From positions 112,840,001 through 112,904,000 of the forward strand of contig CM068743.1 in NCBI GenBank assembly GCA_035084275.1: a stretch of DNA of 64,000 nucleotides. Direction: 5' to 3'. Shown here one piece after another: positions 38,399 to 52,117 of this stretch (position 1 is the stretch's first letter; the number at the start of each line of letters is the position of its first letter). The translations under genes were made by a program, and so were the position numbers. The notes under the pieces are model-generated. The model did not search any database. It saw only the letters and a program-made list of their open reading frames with translations, and was not told the DNA's origin. Source of the stretch: Hydrolagus colliei. Taxonomy: Eukaryota.

Positions 38399-38479
38399 CC
38401 CCTGTAAAAAAGTACCATGGTTATGGTGGTAGTACCATGGTACTACCACCATTATCATGGTACGTTTTTTTAACAAGGG
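38399..38479. mobile_element. 81-bp palindromic TA-flanked MITE-like element
   Basis: The whole element is an inverted repeat, with a perfect 30-bp palindrome at 38423-38452 and TA on both sides. Confidence 0.75.
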
Positions 38480-38980
38480 TATGATTGTGGCCTATTATCT
38501 AGAGCCAGAACCTGCATCTTGGAACAAAGTCTGAATGCATTGCGTTACTGGGCAGAAACTCTGAGAAAAAGTGTTAAATACAAGAACAAATATAATGTGA
38601 AATAATTAAAAGGTGTTGAATAGTCTGAATCATTTAATTGCAGTGAATTGCTTCCAACATAGGATAGGATTGGAGAGCTCACATGAATTTTTGTTGACAA
38701 GCATCGCAGATTTGTAAAAGATAAAATAAATAAAGTAAAACAATAAAAGTAAAGCTATTCTGGTGTTTTTCAAGGTGGGGAGTCGCCCTTATATTAGCCA
38801 TTAGGGGCACCTTGAACTGAACTTCAGCGCCCTCTACTGTCTCCAGGAGGCCACGGTATTAATGGTGTGTGTCCTGTTCACTTTGGCAACAAGAGCAGGC
38901 CCCATGATGAATGGCTGATGAGAACATAAATGAGAGAAAATAGCAATAAAGATAGTGCAGTTGGTACAATTTCCATTCAG

Positions 38981-39072
38981 AGAATCTTTCTTTTCGCTCG
39001 AACAAAGATTGATTGGTTAGTATTCGGTGTTAACGAGAAATGAATGAGTTCAAAATTCCTGACTAACGGCAG
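38981..39072 (+). pseudogene. Candidate TPR-linker exon ESFFSLEQRLIG*YSVLT
   Basis: tttccattcag| and CAG|gtaaat; multiple stops. Confidence 0.4.
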
Positions 39073-42000
39073 GTAAATCCTTCTCGAGGCGATCACACAA
39101 GTGTAGGTAACATGCAACACAATGTCAGGCAACAGTCAGATACTTGAAGCACTTTCAGTTGTTTATATGAAAGACTTTTGTTGAGTCTTGCCTGAGACTG
39201 ATCAATCTTGTAACAAGAACTTGCATTTTATACTGGCTAACATCTCAAAACATTCTATATGGATGAGTTGGAGAAGAAGTGGGGCTAAAGGATGAAGATA
39301 GTGACTGAAGACATGGAGAGAGGATGCAAAGTGAAGGAATTTGGGAGAGTTTCAGAAGGTAGTGGATAATAACAATGATCGCTTATTTTATATAACGCCT
39401 TATCAACTGGCTGAATGTTTGGCCGAATAGAAGGGTAAGAGACATTCAGGAGACCTGAGCTGGAGGAGTGAAAATACTGGCAGGAGAATAGGGCTGGGGG
39501 AGTTTGTGTGAAATGGAGTAGGATGGAGTCAGGATGAGGACCTTGACGTCAATCCACTGGGGAGTGGGCGTCAGTGGAAACTAGCAAGGATGGGGTAAAC
39601 TAAGCTGGTGCAGGGTTTCATTCTTGCAGTTTGTGGTGACATACATAATAAACCTTTCATCTATGGGCCTGGTACAGATGCAAATCTGTCTGAGGATAGA
39701 AAGATAGGTATGGTCTGAAATCAGACCCCATTTCTGTTGCTGAGGGTGATGTGTGTGGGTGTGGGAAGTGGGGGGTATGGTAGGGGGGGAAGGGAGAGAT
39801 GCAGCAAGTGAAGGGATCAATAGGAAAAGAATAACATGTTGTCTGTGGAGAATATTGTGGTGTTTAGTGACATTAAAGTTCGGAAATGTCTTATGTGGAG
39901 TTTTTCTCCAGAACGTGGAGTGGATGCAGTAAATTGCTTGACAGAATGGATTGTATGTTGATTGTGAACTTGATGGTCACAGGTTCTGTTGCGAGTCTGT
40001 GCTTAGTTAGCTGATCTCAGCCAGGACAGCAGTACAGCTGGCTGCAACAAAGAAGGAAAATCAGTTGAAGTTTCTCTTGCTGATCCAGTAAAACACCTGC
40101 TGTAAGAGTGAATGTACTGTCTGGGATGTAGTTCAAGGACACAGTTGGGCTCGCATCTTGACCTTCCCTTGCCATTTACAGTAGAAAGCCTGATAGTGTA
40201 CCTGCAATGATTGAGACACAAACAATGCAGATACTAGGTCATTGTTTGTGTGTAATTCTCCCTCATTCTCTAACAGTGTGTATTTGTACATGTTTCTGTT
40301 CAATATATAACTGTGTACTTCTCTCTCTCTCTCTCTCTCATCACTATGTGTGTGTATCTGTTTCTCCCTGCAACTGTTTATGTATGTCTCTTGTTTAAAC
40401 ATCTCGAACTGTGTGTGTCTGTCTCACTAGCTGTATATGTCTTTCCAACTCTGTGAGCCTCTTTCCAAGCGCAGGTAAGAATGTGGGGTGGGGGTTGCTA
40501 GGATGGAGGCACACGGTGTTTTTGACAAAGCTTTTATACTGCTGTGCGCAATTGGCTGCCGCATTTCGTCCACTAGTATACAGTCAGTTCATTTTACTGT
40601 ATATTCTGTGAAGTGCTTTGAGACGTCTAAAAGAAGTGGAAAGCGCCATATCAAATGCAAGGATTGTCATATTATTTATTCTTGACACACTCGGTGTGGG
40701 CTCACTCAGATCAGAAACTGTCAGGCTGCTGAGACCGGTGGAGGTTGTCCCTGCCTCAGTTGTCAATTTCACGGCAGCAGGAGTGGAAAAAACAGAAGGG
40801 CTTAAAATTGGCAGAGAAACAAAGGAGGTGTCAAATTAGGAGCAGAAACTGTGCACAAGTATTAATTAGACTCTCTCCCTCCATTTTGCTCTAGGAGAGT
40901 GACCAATTGAAGTTCATGACCCTCTAGTTGGCCTCTGTCCTCACTTCTCAAACATTGTTGTCCAGTGTTCCTTAATTATGTAGTTTGAGAAGATGGGCTG
41001 GCTGGTAATTGTTTTTCTTGATTTAGTTGAGACAAAGAAAATATCTGTACTGTGAGCACCAAATCAGCGCTGGCAGAAACTCAGACGTAAACCCTGTGTG
41101 ATTCAGTCACACAGACGCCTGCAGTACAAATTGGAAGGAGATGTGCAGAACAAATTCATCCCTTACCCACAGCGTGTTGATTCCCGAACACCTGCCAAGC
41201 TGATCAATGCCATGGGGTTGTATAATGAAATAATTTTATTTTTAAAAGACCCACCTTAAAGTGCACGGTGTGTCTGAAACATACGATTTGTTCGTTTGCT
41301 CACCTACTCATCTGTTTGCAAACTTGGGTGTGGTTTGGGCCCCGCCAATGGTCGTCCCTTCTCTCCTGTACACCTGGACTCTTGCTGAGGAGTGATCTGA
41401 GTGACTAACCTGCGTGAAGGCAGCTAGTTAAATGAAATTTGGGGTACAGTTCCACTGAGCTGGGCTCATACAATTTGGCTCTCTTTTACTAAATTATTTG
41501 GAGAGGACAAGTTTGCAGGGCTATGGGGAAAGAATAGGGGAGTCGGATTGATTTGGATAGCATTTTTAACGAGCCGGCACAGACACGATCGGCTGAAGAG
41601 CCTCCGTTTGTACTGTATAATTGTATGATTGTATGATGTGAACCCAGACAGTGAGCCATCAGCTTGGGGGAAGTAGAAACAAGATCCAAGCTCAGTCCTG
41701 TTCTCATCCAACTTCCATTCAGTGGAACTTTGCAACACTAGATAGTAACTGGGGATGGTAACCTCTACTGCCTTTTCTCTTCCAAGCCCAGAAGCCCTAT
41801 TTTTGCCTCGGCTAAGAACGGGTCACTCAACACCGACTGGGGATCAACTCTGGGACGTTCTGGGTCCACGTGGCTCAGTGCTTTTCTAAACCAAGTCATT
41901 GGAGAGTTTTACATTATTGTGTAAAAGAATCAAGGGTCTTTTCCACAGCTGCACTTAATCTACCCACATGGATTTGGATACTGAATCCAGATTGTCACAC

Positions 42001-42084
42001 TAGGTCAAAGCACAACCACAAATGAAGATCAATGTAAGGCTGATGGGACTGATATTATTTGGAATAAGCAAACTGGTTTCATAT

Positions 42085-42390
42085 AATAATAATCCTTGCA
42101 TTTGATTTAGTGCCTTTCAGTCTCTCTGCCCCCACACTCTGGAACTCCATACCACAATCCCTTCGCCTTGCTTCCTCCCACGCCTCCTTCAAGGCCCATC
42201 TCAAGGCCCTCCTTTTCGGCTGTGCCTTCAACCACCCTCCTACCTCTCTGCCCTTCCTCATCCCAACCCTGTGCCCACTCCCCCACCCCACTTCCCCATG
42301 CTCAAGTCCTCATCACTGACTGTTCAGCGCCTTGGGATGTCCTCCCACCATGAAAGGTGCTGTACAAATGTAATTTTGTTATTGTTGTTG
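42085..42390 (+). mobile_element. L2 3' end abutting a minus-strand SINE tail
   Basis: FSLSAPTLWNSIPQSLR plus L2 tail; junction at gcctttca. Confidence 0.8.
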
Positions 42391-42995
42391 CCTTCTCACA
42401 TTTTTGAAACTTCTCACATTTTTGAAACATCTCACAGTGCTTCGCCAGATGTACTGGAAGGTGGAGTCACTGTGTATTTTTATGGGAGAAATTTGGCAGC
42501 CAGTTGTGCAAAGCAATATCTCACATGCAGCCACGGAGTGATCAATTTTATTTGGGGGAATTGTTGGCTAGGATACCTGGAGAAATGACGTACTCTATTT
42601 TCAAATAGTGCCATGAACAGGCAGACGGGATCTCAGTTTAACGTCTCATCCGAAGACAGCACCTCTGACAAAGGTTTCGTCTGTGACGTATGAGCGAATC
42701 TCAGGAAATGAGAGCAAAAATTGCGAACACAAGCTCTACTGATAGCTCAATGGGTAAATGCACCTATGTCTATGGTATGAGTTATATTACCATACGAAGG
42801 TGTCAGTTCAGCTCAGTTGGGAGCACTCTTGTCTTGGTCAGTGGGTTGTGAGTTCAAGCCCTATGTCACAATTTTCGGCTCACAATTTAAAATCATATTG
42901 AATTCAGGACTGCATTCTTGGTATCATCCTATGGATAGCACGTTAAATTCATGTCATAGTTGTCTGTTTAGGTGGATGTTAAAGATCCCATGGTA

Positions 42996-43208
42996 CAGTA
43001 AAAGCCCGTTTATCCGGCATCTGATCAACCGTAACTTCCGTATAACCAGCATGTCAAAAAAAAAGTATTTATTCGATTAACTGGAATTTATCCAGATAAA
43101 TGCATTTAAAAAAAAACATTTTTGGTGTGTTTTCAGCCGAATATCCAGCATGCGTTTTAACCGGCATTGGCCAGGTCCCTCGAGTGCCGGATAAACGGGC
43201 TTTTACTG
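42996..43208. mobile_element. MITE family B inserted into an old DeuSINE (~42820-43380)
   Basis: Same TIRs and TA TSD; splits gatcccatggta|ctattcgaa. Confidence 0.9.
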
Positions 43209-44327
43209 TACTATTCGAAAGAGAAGGGTTTCTCCTGCTTTCCAAGCCAACATTCGTCAACTGTTATGTACAAAGCAGCTGCCACAATTGTCTACGAAAT
43301 ATCTAGTCATTACACTTGACAGCAATTAGCTGTGAGATGTTTCAACATCATAGTGCTATATCAAATGCAAGTATTTTATTGATCAGAAAGTCGCAGGTTT
43401 GATCAGTGGGTTGAGGTGACAGTGGGGCTGTCATAACTGACCTTGGAATCTATAGGCTAGAGAGTGGAAAATCGGCCAAGGTTCCTCCACGTGATTGGTA
43501 ACTACTGTAGTAATATGAAGCTGCATGTTTGCATGGATGTCAAGTTAGAACAGGCTTGGGCTCGGCTGTGACCTCCTACCGCCCCCCCACCCACAGGCAA
43601 ATAGTCTTGTGACACTCACTGTTTTAACTCACACATGAAGAATAATTTGGGCTCAAACGTAAAGAATGGTTGCATTTTGGTGAGGGAATGGTAGAGAAGA
43701 CATTGGCCATGAAACCATACCATCATCAATCATTGCCTTCACGGGAGAGAAATTGGTTTGAAAAGCTTTCAAACTAGAGATGAAAACTGTGCAGCATTTG
43801 GCAACATGGATACCTAGTGAGAAGCATTCCACTCTTTGTGTGTATGTATGTCTGAGTGTGTGTGTGTGTGTCTAGGCCACCACTTTGGGACGTTCTCCCA
43901 ATGTCAAAGGCGCTTTACAAATGTAATTTTGTTGTTATGTGTGTGTGTGTGCGCGCAACTCAGGACTCAACCGGTCGGGTTGCATGATTATCGTTCGACG
44001 TGTGAAGACACCTCTTATTTCCTGCCCACTAATCCAGTGGAAATAATTCTGTGGTTTTGCAGTTGTTGTTGAGGCTCCGTGTGTAGGAGTCCATTGTTCT
44101 GGCAACCTGGAAGACCTGCCTCTATTTGGTGCTGCACTTAAATATGTGGGCTTCATGCTTTGACTACTGATCAGGATGTGTGGGCAGAGACTCTTCTCGT
44201 CCTTGGTACTTCCATCCTCACCAGTGGGCATGCTTGAATTCCACACACTTATGCTGAAACTGATGTCCTGAGCTCTATAATGTCAATCAGCCAGCCCCAC
44301 CACCATGATGAATCTTTCTCCTGCATT

Positions 44328-44480
44328 TAAGAACATAAGAATTAGGAGCAGGAGTAGGCCATTCAGACCCCCGAGCCTGCCACACCATTCAATAAGATCT
44401 TCTAATCTAACTCTGCCTACCCGCCTTATCCCCATATCCCCTTTAACCACAAAAAATCTATCAATCTCATTTAATGCAAC
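44328..44480 (-). mobile_element. CR1-type LINE 3' end
   Basis: taagaacataagaattaggagcaggagtaggccattcag; second copy at 48505-48660. Confidence 0.75.
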
Positions 44481-46290
44481 AAGCAACAATTGTCCATTTG
44501 GTGTAAGACTATAAGGAAATGTGATGTCAGGGGGAATTTAAGCCTTTCACGAGATAAGTTCCTCCAGCCGGATCACTTTACAGAAATAGGTATTTGAATT
44601 CAGAGCAGTGGTTACTGGAGGTTGCATCATGCCTTGACGCAGACTCCAGCAGGTCTATCAGGTGACTTCTGAAAATCGATAGGAAGCGACTGCAGGGACC
44701 AGCAAGGCCAGCTATTTCTGTGAACTGAGCACTCAGCCGGAGTGCCTGAGTCATTCTCATCCACTGGCTTTTCATGCCTGGTATTAATGAGGCAATTTGT
44801 AACTGAGGTCAACTCCTGAAGCAGAGCAGCCTGGAAAGAATTAACAATAAAGAGGGCTGGGAGAGCGGAAGTGTGGCTGATTTAGTATGCAGAGATTCAT
44901 TAAATGTAATGTGAGAACCCAGTCTGCCTGATGTAGCCCAAGTAAAAGCGAGAACCCACTTAACTGATGCAAGCAGTTACGTTCAAAACGCCCGAGGCAC
45001 AAAAGTATAATAAATAAATAGGTTTGAATCTGAAACAACGGCACATTTCAATAGCTATGCAACCGTCCTAGGAAAAATTAACTCGCTTGAATGTTGAGAT
45101 TTAAGATTTGATTCTCCTTTCATGAATGGTGCTGATTGTATGGAGACGATCAGGTTCAACACAGGACCTTGAAGTGCAGACAGAGTTATTCAGCTGACCC
45201 CCTGCAGCAGATGTTGACGCTGCACCTCGTCACATATTTCAAATAACTGGCATCACCTTCGCTGATATCGCCTCTTTCAGGCACCCATCCAGTGGCTAAC
45301 CCTAGTACTGCTTCATTTGCTTTCCTCAGTTCACCATAGCCAGGAACTTTCCCTCTGGGAAATCAAATCTAATTTGATCCAGTGAATAATATTCCAGGCT
45401 TCTAAAGGAGAATGGAGAATATTATTTGTACTCCCTCCCAACTCTGCTTTGTGTGAGGCAGCTCAAAGCAGGGAGTAGATGCTGAGATGATCAGTACGTT
45501 TATGTCTATTAGGATTCAAGGCAGTGGGAGGTGTGACATTCCACTGCTCTAAGTAGTACTGGAAACACACTGCTAACAAACCTGAAAAGGACGTGTCCAG
45601 TCACCACCACTTAACCCTGATTAATCAGATATGTCAGTGCTCCGATATTATGCCTATGCCTTTTTTATTATGTGGAGGAAATAGTCTCTGTGTTTTCCCT
45701 CATCGTGTAGGGCTGGTTCTTGCTCACCAGGCCCCTCTGAGTTACCTAAGAGCATGGGAAGTTTCACCCACGTATATACTATACAATAAATTCACCTTAC
45801 AGTATATTCTATGAAGCACTTAGAGATGTCTAGAAAACATGAAAGTGCTATATCAAATGCAAAGATTATTATTAAAGTCTAAATCTCAAAGAGCTTCACA
45901 GTGTTGGGAAAAACATGTTTAGACATAACATGTGTCTGTATGTATCATTCTGTATCCAAATATAACAACCAAATGTATAAACGTAGTTTCGGCCAGGACC
46001 AGACTGCATTCCACAGGGAACAATGGGAGTATGGGACCCTGACCCCGGTTGATAAGAAAGGGTAGATACTCCATCATCTTCGAGATAGGATAGAGAACTT
46101 TGTCCCACTGAATCAATCTATAGTGAGGGTCGAAGTCTGGGAAAAAGAGTATAATTGGAGAAGTTTTGAGGTAGGAAAAGTAGAGAACGAGGCTCGAGGA
46201 GCAGGCAAGGGTGCAGTGGTTCCAGCTGTGAATATAGGGGAACGGACCTCTTCACGACTTCTCAACTGAGTGCAGTGTGAACCTGGTAGT

Positions 46291-46573
46291 ATAATAATAA
46301 TAATAATCCTTGCATTTGATATAGCGCTTTTCACATCTTGTGGACGTCCCAAAGCGCTTCACAGAATATACTGTAAAGTGAATTGACTTGTATATATTTG
46401 TGGGCGAATCGTGGCAGCCAATTGTGCACAGCAGTGTCCCACAAATAGTCATGGATTGAAATGACCAATTTTATTATTGTGTTTTTTTTTGGAGGGATTA
46501 TTATTAGGCGTGCGGAGTAAGGAAACTTGCCCAAGGTTTCACCCTGAACTGCCTGGATTCGAACACAGGTCTC
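46291..46573 (-). mobile_element. SINE family A
   Basis: Reverse copy, truncated in the tRNA head; a MITE-B-like right TIR ends at ~46797. Confidence 0.88.
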
Positions 46574-48058
46574 CCCAGCTTGGTCTCCCCAGACCGATCA
46601 TTTTACCGAGTGTGATGGAATCTTTATTGGTAAGCATCCATACAATATTCTGTTACTATTTAGTGTATTATTAATATGGTATGTTTTAAAATAAGTACAT
46701 TTTTTGTGTTGGGTTTTCGGCAACTTGCCGCCCGATTATCCAGCACAGTCAATTTGTCGATCCCCCGGGGGGTGCCGGATAAATGGGCTTTTACTGTATT
46801 AAGCTTTCATTGGTTTTAGCTACTTAAAACTCCACCAACACACGGTATGAAGTCCCCACATTTTGTTTTTTGCTAATCTGTGTGTAATACTCTCTGAAAT
46901 TAGGTTAGGATGTGTCGCTCCAAGGAGGGAATGCATGTCCCATTCCAGACAGGAATTTCCATATGTAGGTGGCATACATGGAACTTTTGTCTGGTTTGGA
47001 TAGTCTTTAAGCATGGTGATCATTTTCTCTGTGTGTCAGACACCCGGCTGTCCAAAAAAATGAAATAGAAGCCCCATTAGTCCCATTCCAGCTGGCTATG
47101 ATCTCCAGTCGATGATGAAACATTTAATCCCTGGTCAATGTAACAACACTATCATTTTTCAGTTTGTTTAGAAAATGACTTCAATGCATCATACTCAGAT
47201 TAAAAGTGGCCCCACTGATCTCTGGGGCAGAAATACTTCTTACAGGTTACTCTATCTGTGTTTAGTCTTTACCATTCATCCACTGAATGTGAAGAAGAAG
47301 CAGATCGTCAGAAAAAGTGGCTTTGTGATACTAAAGATGTGAATTAAACACTGCTTTCAACAAAAACTATATCCGGCAAACTTTTTATGTCATATCGGAA
47401 CGACAAGCAACTATGCATCATTCTGTTCATGTTGACGACCCTTGCAAATGATGCAAAAATGCCTTTTTTCAATGTAAGCTACATTAAATCATTGAAACAA
47501 TCTCTCAAATAAAATTGGTCATTCACTTGATTGCTGTTTGTGGACAATTGCTATGCAGCTCAGTGTAAAAGTGAGCCACAGAACCCATGAAGGCCCAAGA
47601 TTTGATGCTAGGATAGTTCAACTCTTAACATTGGAGTAACAAGGCCCCAGGGCTCTTGTGGCAGTACGTTAAGGGTCCTCAATTTGATTCTGATGTGAAT
47701 GATGTGGTTATATTGAAATGGCAAATGAGAACACAAGTTGTTTCGCCACCAGAGGCTTGGGCCCCAATAACCGATTATATTAAAAAAACCTTGCATTTAA
47801 TATAGAGATGTTTCACAGAATACACTACAGAGTGAATCATCTGTAGATTTTGTGGACGAAACAACGTGGACCTTGGCGCAACATTACCACTCGCACCATG
47901 GACACTCAAGTGAAGGCTTGGGAGTGTGCTGTATGATTGGAGCTGCTGCCCTTTAGATGAGACACTAAACTGAAGCCTGTCTGCTTGTTCGGGTGGACGC
48001 TAAAGATTCCACGAGAATATTCAAAAAGAGAAGAGAGTTTCTCCTGGTGTCTTGGCCA

Positions 48059-49630
48059 ACAATAACAAAATTACATTTGGAAAGCACCTTTCATGTCGGG
48101 AGGACGTCTCAAGGCGCTGGGCAGTCATTGTTTCAGACGTGAGCTGGGGTAAGGATTGGGGAGGGTGTAGGGAAACAGGGGGATTTGGGGTGACCAATGG
48201 GACCATCGAAGAAGAAGGTCTTGAGACGGGACTTGAAAGAGACTAGTGAGCGGGTGAAGCAGAAGGATTGAGGATGGAATTGCAAGGGATAGGGGCAGAG
48301 TGGCTGAAGGCTCACCCACTGATGGTAGGTGGGTTGGGGGATGTGGAGCAGGCTGGAGCCTGCTGGGTGACAGGCGCGGGCAGGTTGGTAGGAGGTTAGG
48401 AGGTCGCAGAGGTAGGATGGGGCAAAGCCATAGAGAGCTTTGAGTGTGAGGACCAGGATCTTGAATCCTCTGGATGATGGGGAGCCAATGGAATCAGATG
48501 AAAATAAGAACATACGAAATAGGAACAGGAGTAGGCCATCCAGCCCGCCCCGCCATTCAATCATGGCTGATAGTCTACTCTAACTCCAGATACCTGCCTT
48601 ATCCCCATACCCCTTAGTCCCTTTATAAATGAGAAATCTATCTAACTCATTCTTGAATATGGGGGAGATAAGGTCACAGAGCTTGGACTGGTAGAGGACA
48701 CGGGCTGCAGAGTTCTGGAAGATCTGCAGCCTATGGAGGGAGTAGTTGGGAAGGCCGACAAGCAGGCCAATGGCATAATCCTACTTTTCCACCTCAATTT
48801 GCTCTATTCTGTCAGCCAATCTATCAAACATCAAGAGCTTGATGAGTGCGAATTTCCTTTAGCTCAATGTTGACAAGACGGAAGCCATACTGTTTGATTC
48901 TCATCAACGTCTTTAATTCCATGGCTCTCACCTCCTCCACCTACCCGATCTACCCTTAAAACTCTCCAAAGCCGTACACAACGTAGGTATCAGTTTCAAC
49001 CCCCAATTATCTTTCCTTCCCCAATCCGGTGCCTCACCAGCACAGCTTTCTTCCATCTCCAATGCATCGCCCTTCTCTGCTAATATCTCACCACAAAAGC
49101 CGTTGAAACACTGGTCCATGCCTTTGTCACCTTTTGACTGGTCTATTCCAATGCCCTCCTCGCCGGTTTCCCCTCCGCCACGATTCACAAAATCCAGGTT
49201 ATCCAAACTTCTGTGCCCGTATTCTCAGCCAAACCAAACTTTGCTCCCCTATTACCCCAGTCCTTGCCAGACTTCACTGGCTCCCTGTCTCAAAGCAGAT
49301 TAATTTCAAGATCCACACTCTTGTTTTCAAATCCCTGCACACTTCTGCTCTGCCTGACCTCTCACGACAGCACCACTTGCCTTTGCTCTACTGGGTCTGG
49401 CCTCCTCCTTGTCCCTTGAATCCTCCGTTCCTTCAGCCACTACACCCGGAGGCTCTGGAACTCCCTTCCTCAATCCCTTCACCTTACCCCCCTCTTTTTG
49501 TATTTTTGGGGCACAGCTAAAGACCTTTCTTTTCGACCACGCTTTTGGTCACCTTTTCCCCCCTCCCATTGGCTCTGCCCCGTGATCCGTTATTGTGAAA
49601 TTCTCTGAGACGCCATCTGGTTGTTGTTTC
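48059..49630. mobile_element. Divergently oriented L2 fragments: minus 48059-48780 (with CR1 insert 48505-48660) and plus ~48781-49630
   Basis: FKILVLTLKALYGFAPSYL on minus; ITPVLARLHWLPVSKQINFKI on plus. Confidence 0.8.
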
Positions 49631-50386
49631 AAATCCATATTGTTGTTGTTGTGTGGATGTGATGAAGGCATAAATGAGAGTTTCAGCGGCCTGAGAGGTG
49701 AGGTAGTGGCAGAGTCGGCCAATGTTGCAGAGGTGAGGGAAAGCAAATAAAATTGGTCATTCCCCCATTCCCCCTGAACAACCAGACACGCTTCAGTTTT
49801 GCGTCTCCCCCAAATAAAATTGGTCATTGATTCCACGGTTGTTTGTGGGCCATTACACTGCACAATTTGGCAACTGCGTTCGCCCACAGAATAAACAGAC
49901 ACTGCACTTCACAGTCTATCCTGTGAAGCATTTTCCTGCTGTAAAAAACTCTGTACCATATGCAAAAAATAAAGCTCGAGTGCTCTTCAAGTGCTGAATA
50001 CACATCACTGAAGTAGCAACCAGATACGAAACTCTCTTGTGTCGTCTACCTGTGGGGTTAATCTCCAGGAATGTATACCATGCCTCCCCCGCAGAAGTTT
50101 GTTATTCAGTGTCTTATAAACAATTTTTGTGTTAGTCTTTGGGGAATACATCGTGATTCATGTCTTGCTGCTTGTTGTCAGCTGGAGATGGGGGTGACTT
50201 GACAACCTCAACAGTGTTTTTCTTTTGTATGTGTGTGTTCCCACACACCCTGGAGTGTTCTCATGTGTTGTGCAGAGCAGGTAATATCCTATTATTTGAA
50301 ACCTGCACCTGCTGCTGCTGCTGCCTTTTACAAGTGGAGACATTCCCCTCAGCGCACCACTTAATATTGCTTTTGCTTTTTTTAAG

Positions 50387-50460
50387 GTAGATTGACACAG
50401 GCTACCAATTGTTCAAGAGAAATTCTGCAAAATAAAATTCCCGACGCAAAGCCTGCACCG
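50387..50460 (+). pseudogene. Candidate TPR exon (G)RLTQATNCSREILQNKIPDAKPAP
   Basis: ttttgcttttttttaag| and |gtattt; open frame with G-x-L-x-x-A spacing. Confidence 0.4.
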
Positions 50461-51471
50461 GTATTTGTAATCTGTAGCCTCACAAAGGATGAATATTTTA
50501 CATAATAAAGTGTATTTGGGGGTCTGAATTGCAGCATTTCTTAAAGGGATTCCTTAAAAACTAATAAATTGCAAATGGACACTTGCAGGAACTCTTCCGA
50601 AACTGGATCACATGGGATTGGAGTACCCACAAATACTAGCCCACAAATATACAGTCAATTCACTTTACAGTACATTCTGTGAAACGCTTTGAGATGTCTA
50701 GAAGACGTAAAAAGCACTATATCTAATGCATTATTGTGATTATCCACACGTTAACTATTATTGAAAAATCTCCATTTGTGACTTGGCATTTGGGAAGAGG
50801 GTTATTTTGCAAAATCTGCAAACCAGATGTATTGTGTACTTTGCAACTTTGGCTTCACGATTTCAGATTGGGTTTTGCTTCCCTCTCTTCTCTCACTTTG
50901 CTGTCTTGTTGGAAGTTTCAGGCCATCATTATCACAAACTGGAAGTTATAATTAATGCACTTCTCTTAAATCCCTTCTCTTAAATATCGCACATTAGACC
51001 CTGATACCGTATTAAGGAATCTCATTCTGAAATGCTGCAGTTTGTGTCCCCAAAACCATGAGTTGTTCTCACTATTAATTTTGAAGATCTAACCCCCATG
51101 TTGTAAGGAATGGTTTACACCCGAGGATCAAAGTTCCACCCAATCTTAATCTATACGTCCACCTTGTCTTGAAATTTTAGATTGCACAGAAATACCCTAA
51201 GTTCGGTTTTATGCCATTTTTTTAAAATTCCAAATGAAGACTGAATTTCAGAATTTTCCAACAATCATTCTATTTGAAAACGAGATGGACATAGAGGCAA
51301 AGGACTAGGTAGATTTGTAAGGGTACCTAGTGAATGAGTCCTGTGGTCTCCTGCACGTTCATGCTCTTTCTAAGTAGCTCATTAGGGGAAGCACTTTGAT
51401 TTAGTAACATGTATGGCCCGGCAAGTGCTGCCACAGCAAACTGTCACCGAGGGATTAATGTGTCAGTCTGA

Positions 51472-51600
51472 ATGGAACAACTGAAGCAATTCCACACGAA
51501 AGTCAAAACGACAACAAGGGGAGAGCATACCAGTGAATCTTTGATTGTTTGTAGGGATCTAGTCAGTGTTAAATTTAGGGAGGGAAATCTAACTGTAGGT
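51472..51600 (+). pseudogene. TPR remnant RGEHTSESLIVCRDLVSVKFREGNL
   Basis: Aligns without gaps to the long-TPR pattern LGEDHPDTLxxxNNLASVxxxxGxL; boundaries uncertain. Confidence 0.5.
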
Positions 51601-52117
51601 AGTAGTAAGCTCAGCAGACGATGCGTTGCGTGCTTAACAATGTTTTTGGTTGACTGGTTTGAGGAGTGTGTGTAAAATTAAATCCACTGGGCATTCTCCT
51701 CTGAATCAGCATCATCCACAGCATAAGCATTTTGGAAAAATAATAAGCCACTTGATCACAAGCAGCTCTAAGGACTGCTGCTTACCATCTTAACATAGTC
51801 TTTACAAAAAATTCCCACTTTACAGTGGGAACTCCACATTACAGTGAATTGCTTTGACAAATTTTCTCAATTATTATTATTAACAAATCAGACATGAGCT
51901 ACCAACCCTGGCTGTCCCCTCTCCCTACAAGAATAATAACTGAGGAGACTGATGCAGATACACAATAGGGTGTTTGCGTTTATCCATGTTTGTGAAACAA
52001 ATTGCAAAATTGCTAAAGACTATTTGATATTCACTCAATGTAAAATAGTATATCCTTCCTGATGGTTCATTGGGTGAATCCAGCATGAGGTGCAGGTGGA
52101 AATGTGTTTGGGATGGT

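Noticed and set aside
44520-45350. Unique coding-looking sequence (e.g. RYLNSEQWLLEV)
   Set aside because: No convincing splice boundaries or motif; it may belong to the pseudogene but I cannot support that.
47246-47347. Possible terminal exon VTLSVFSLYHSSTECEEEADRQKKWL..*
   Set aside because: An acceptor is present but there is no recognisable motif, and TPR-like remnants continue downstream.
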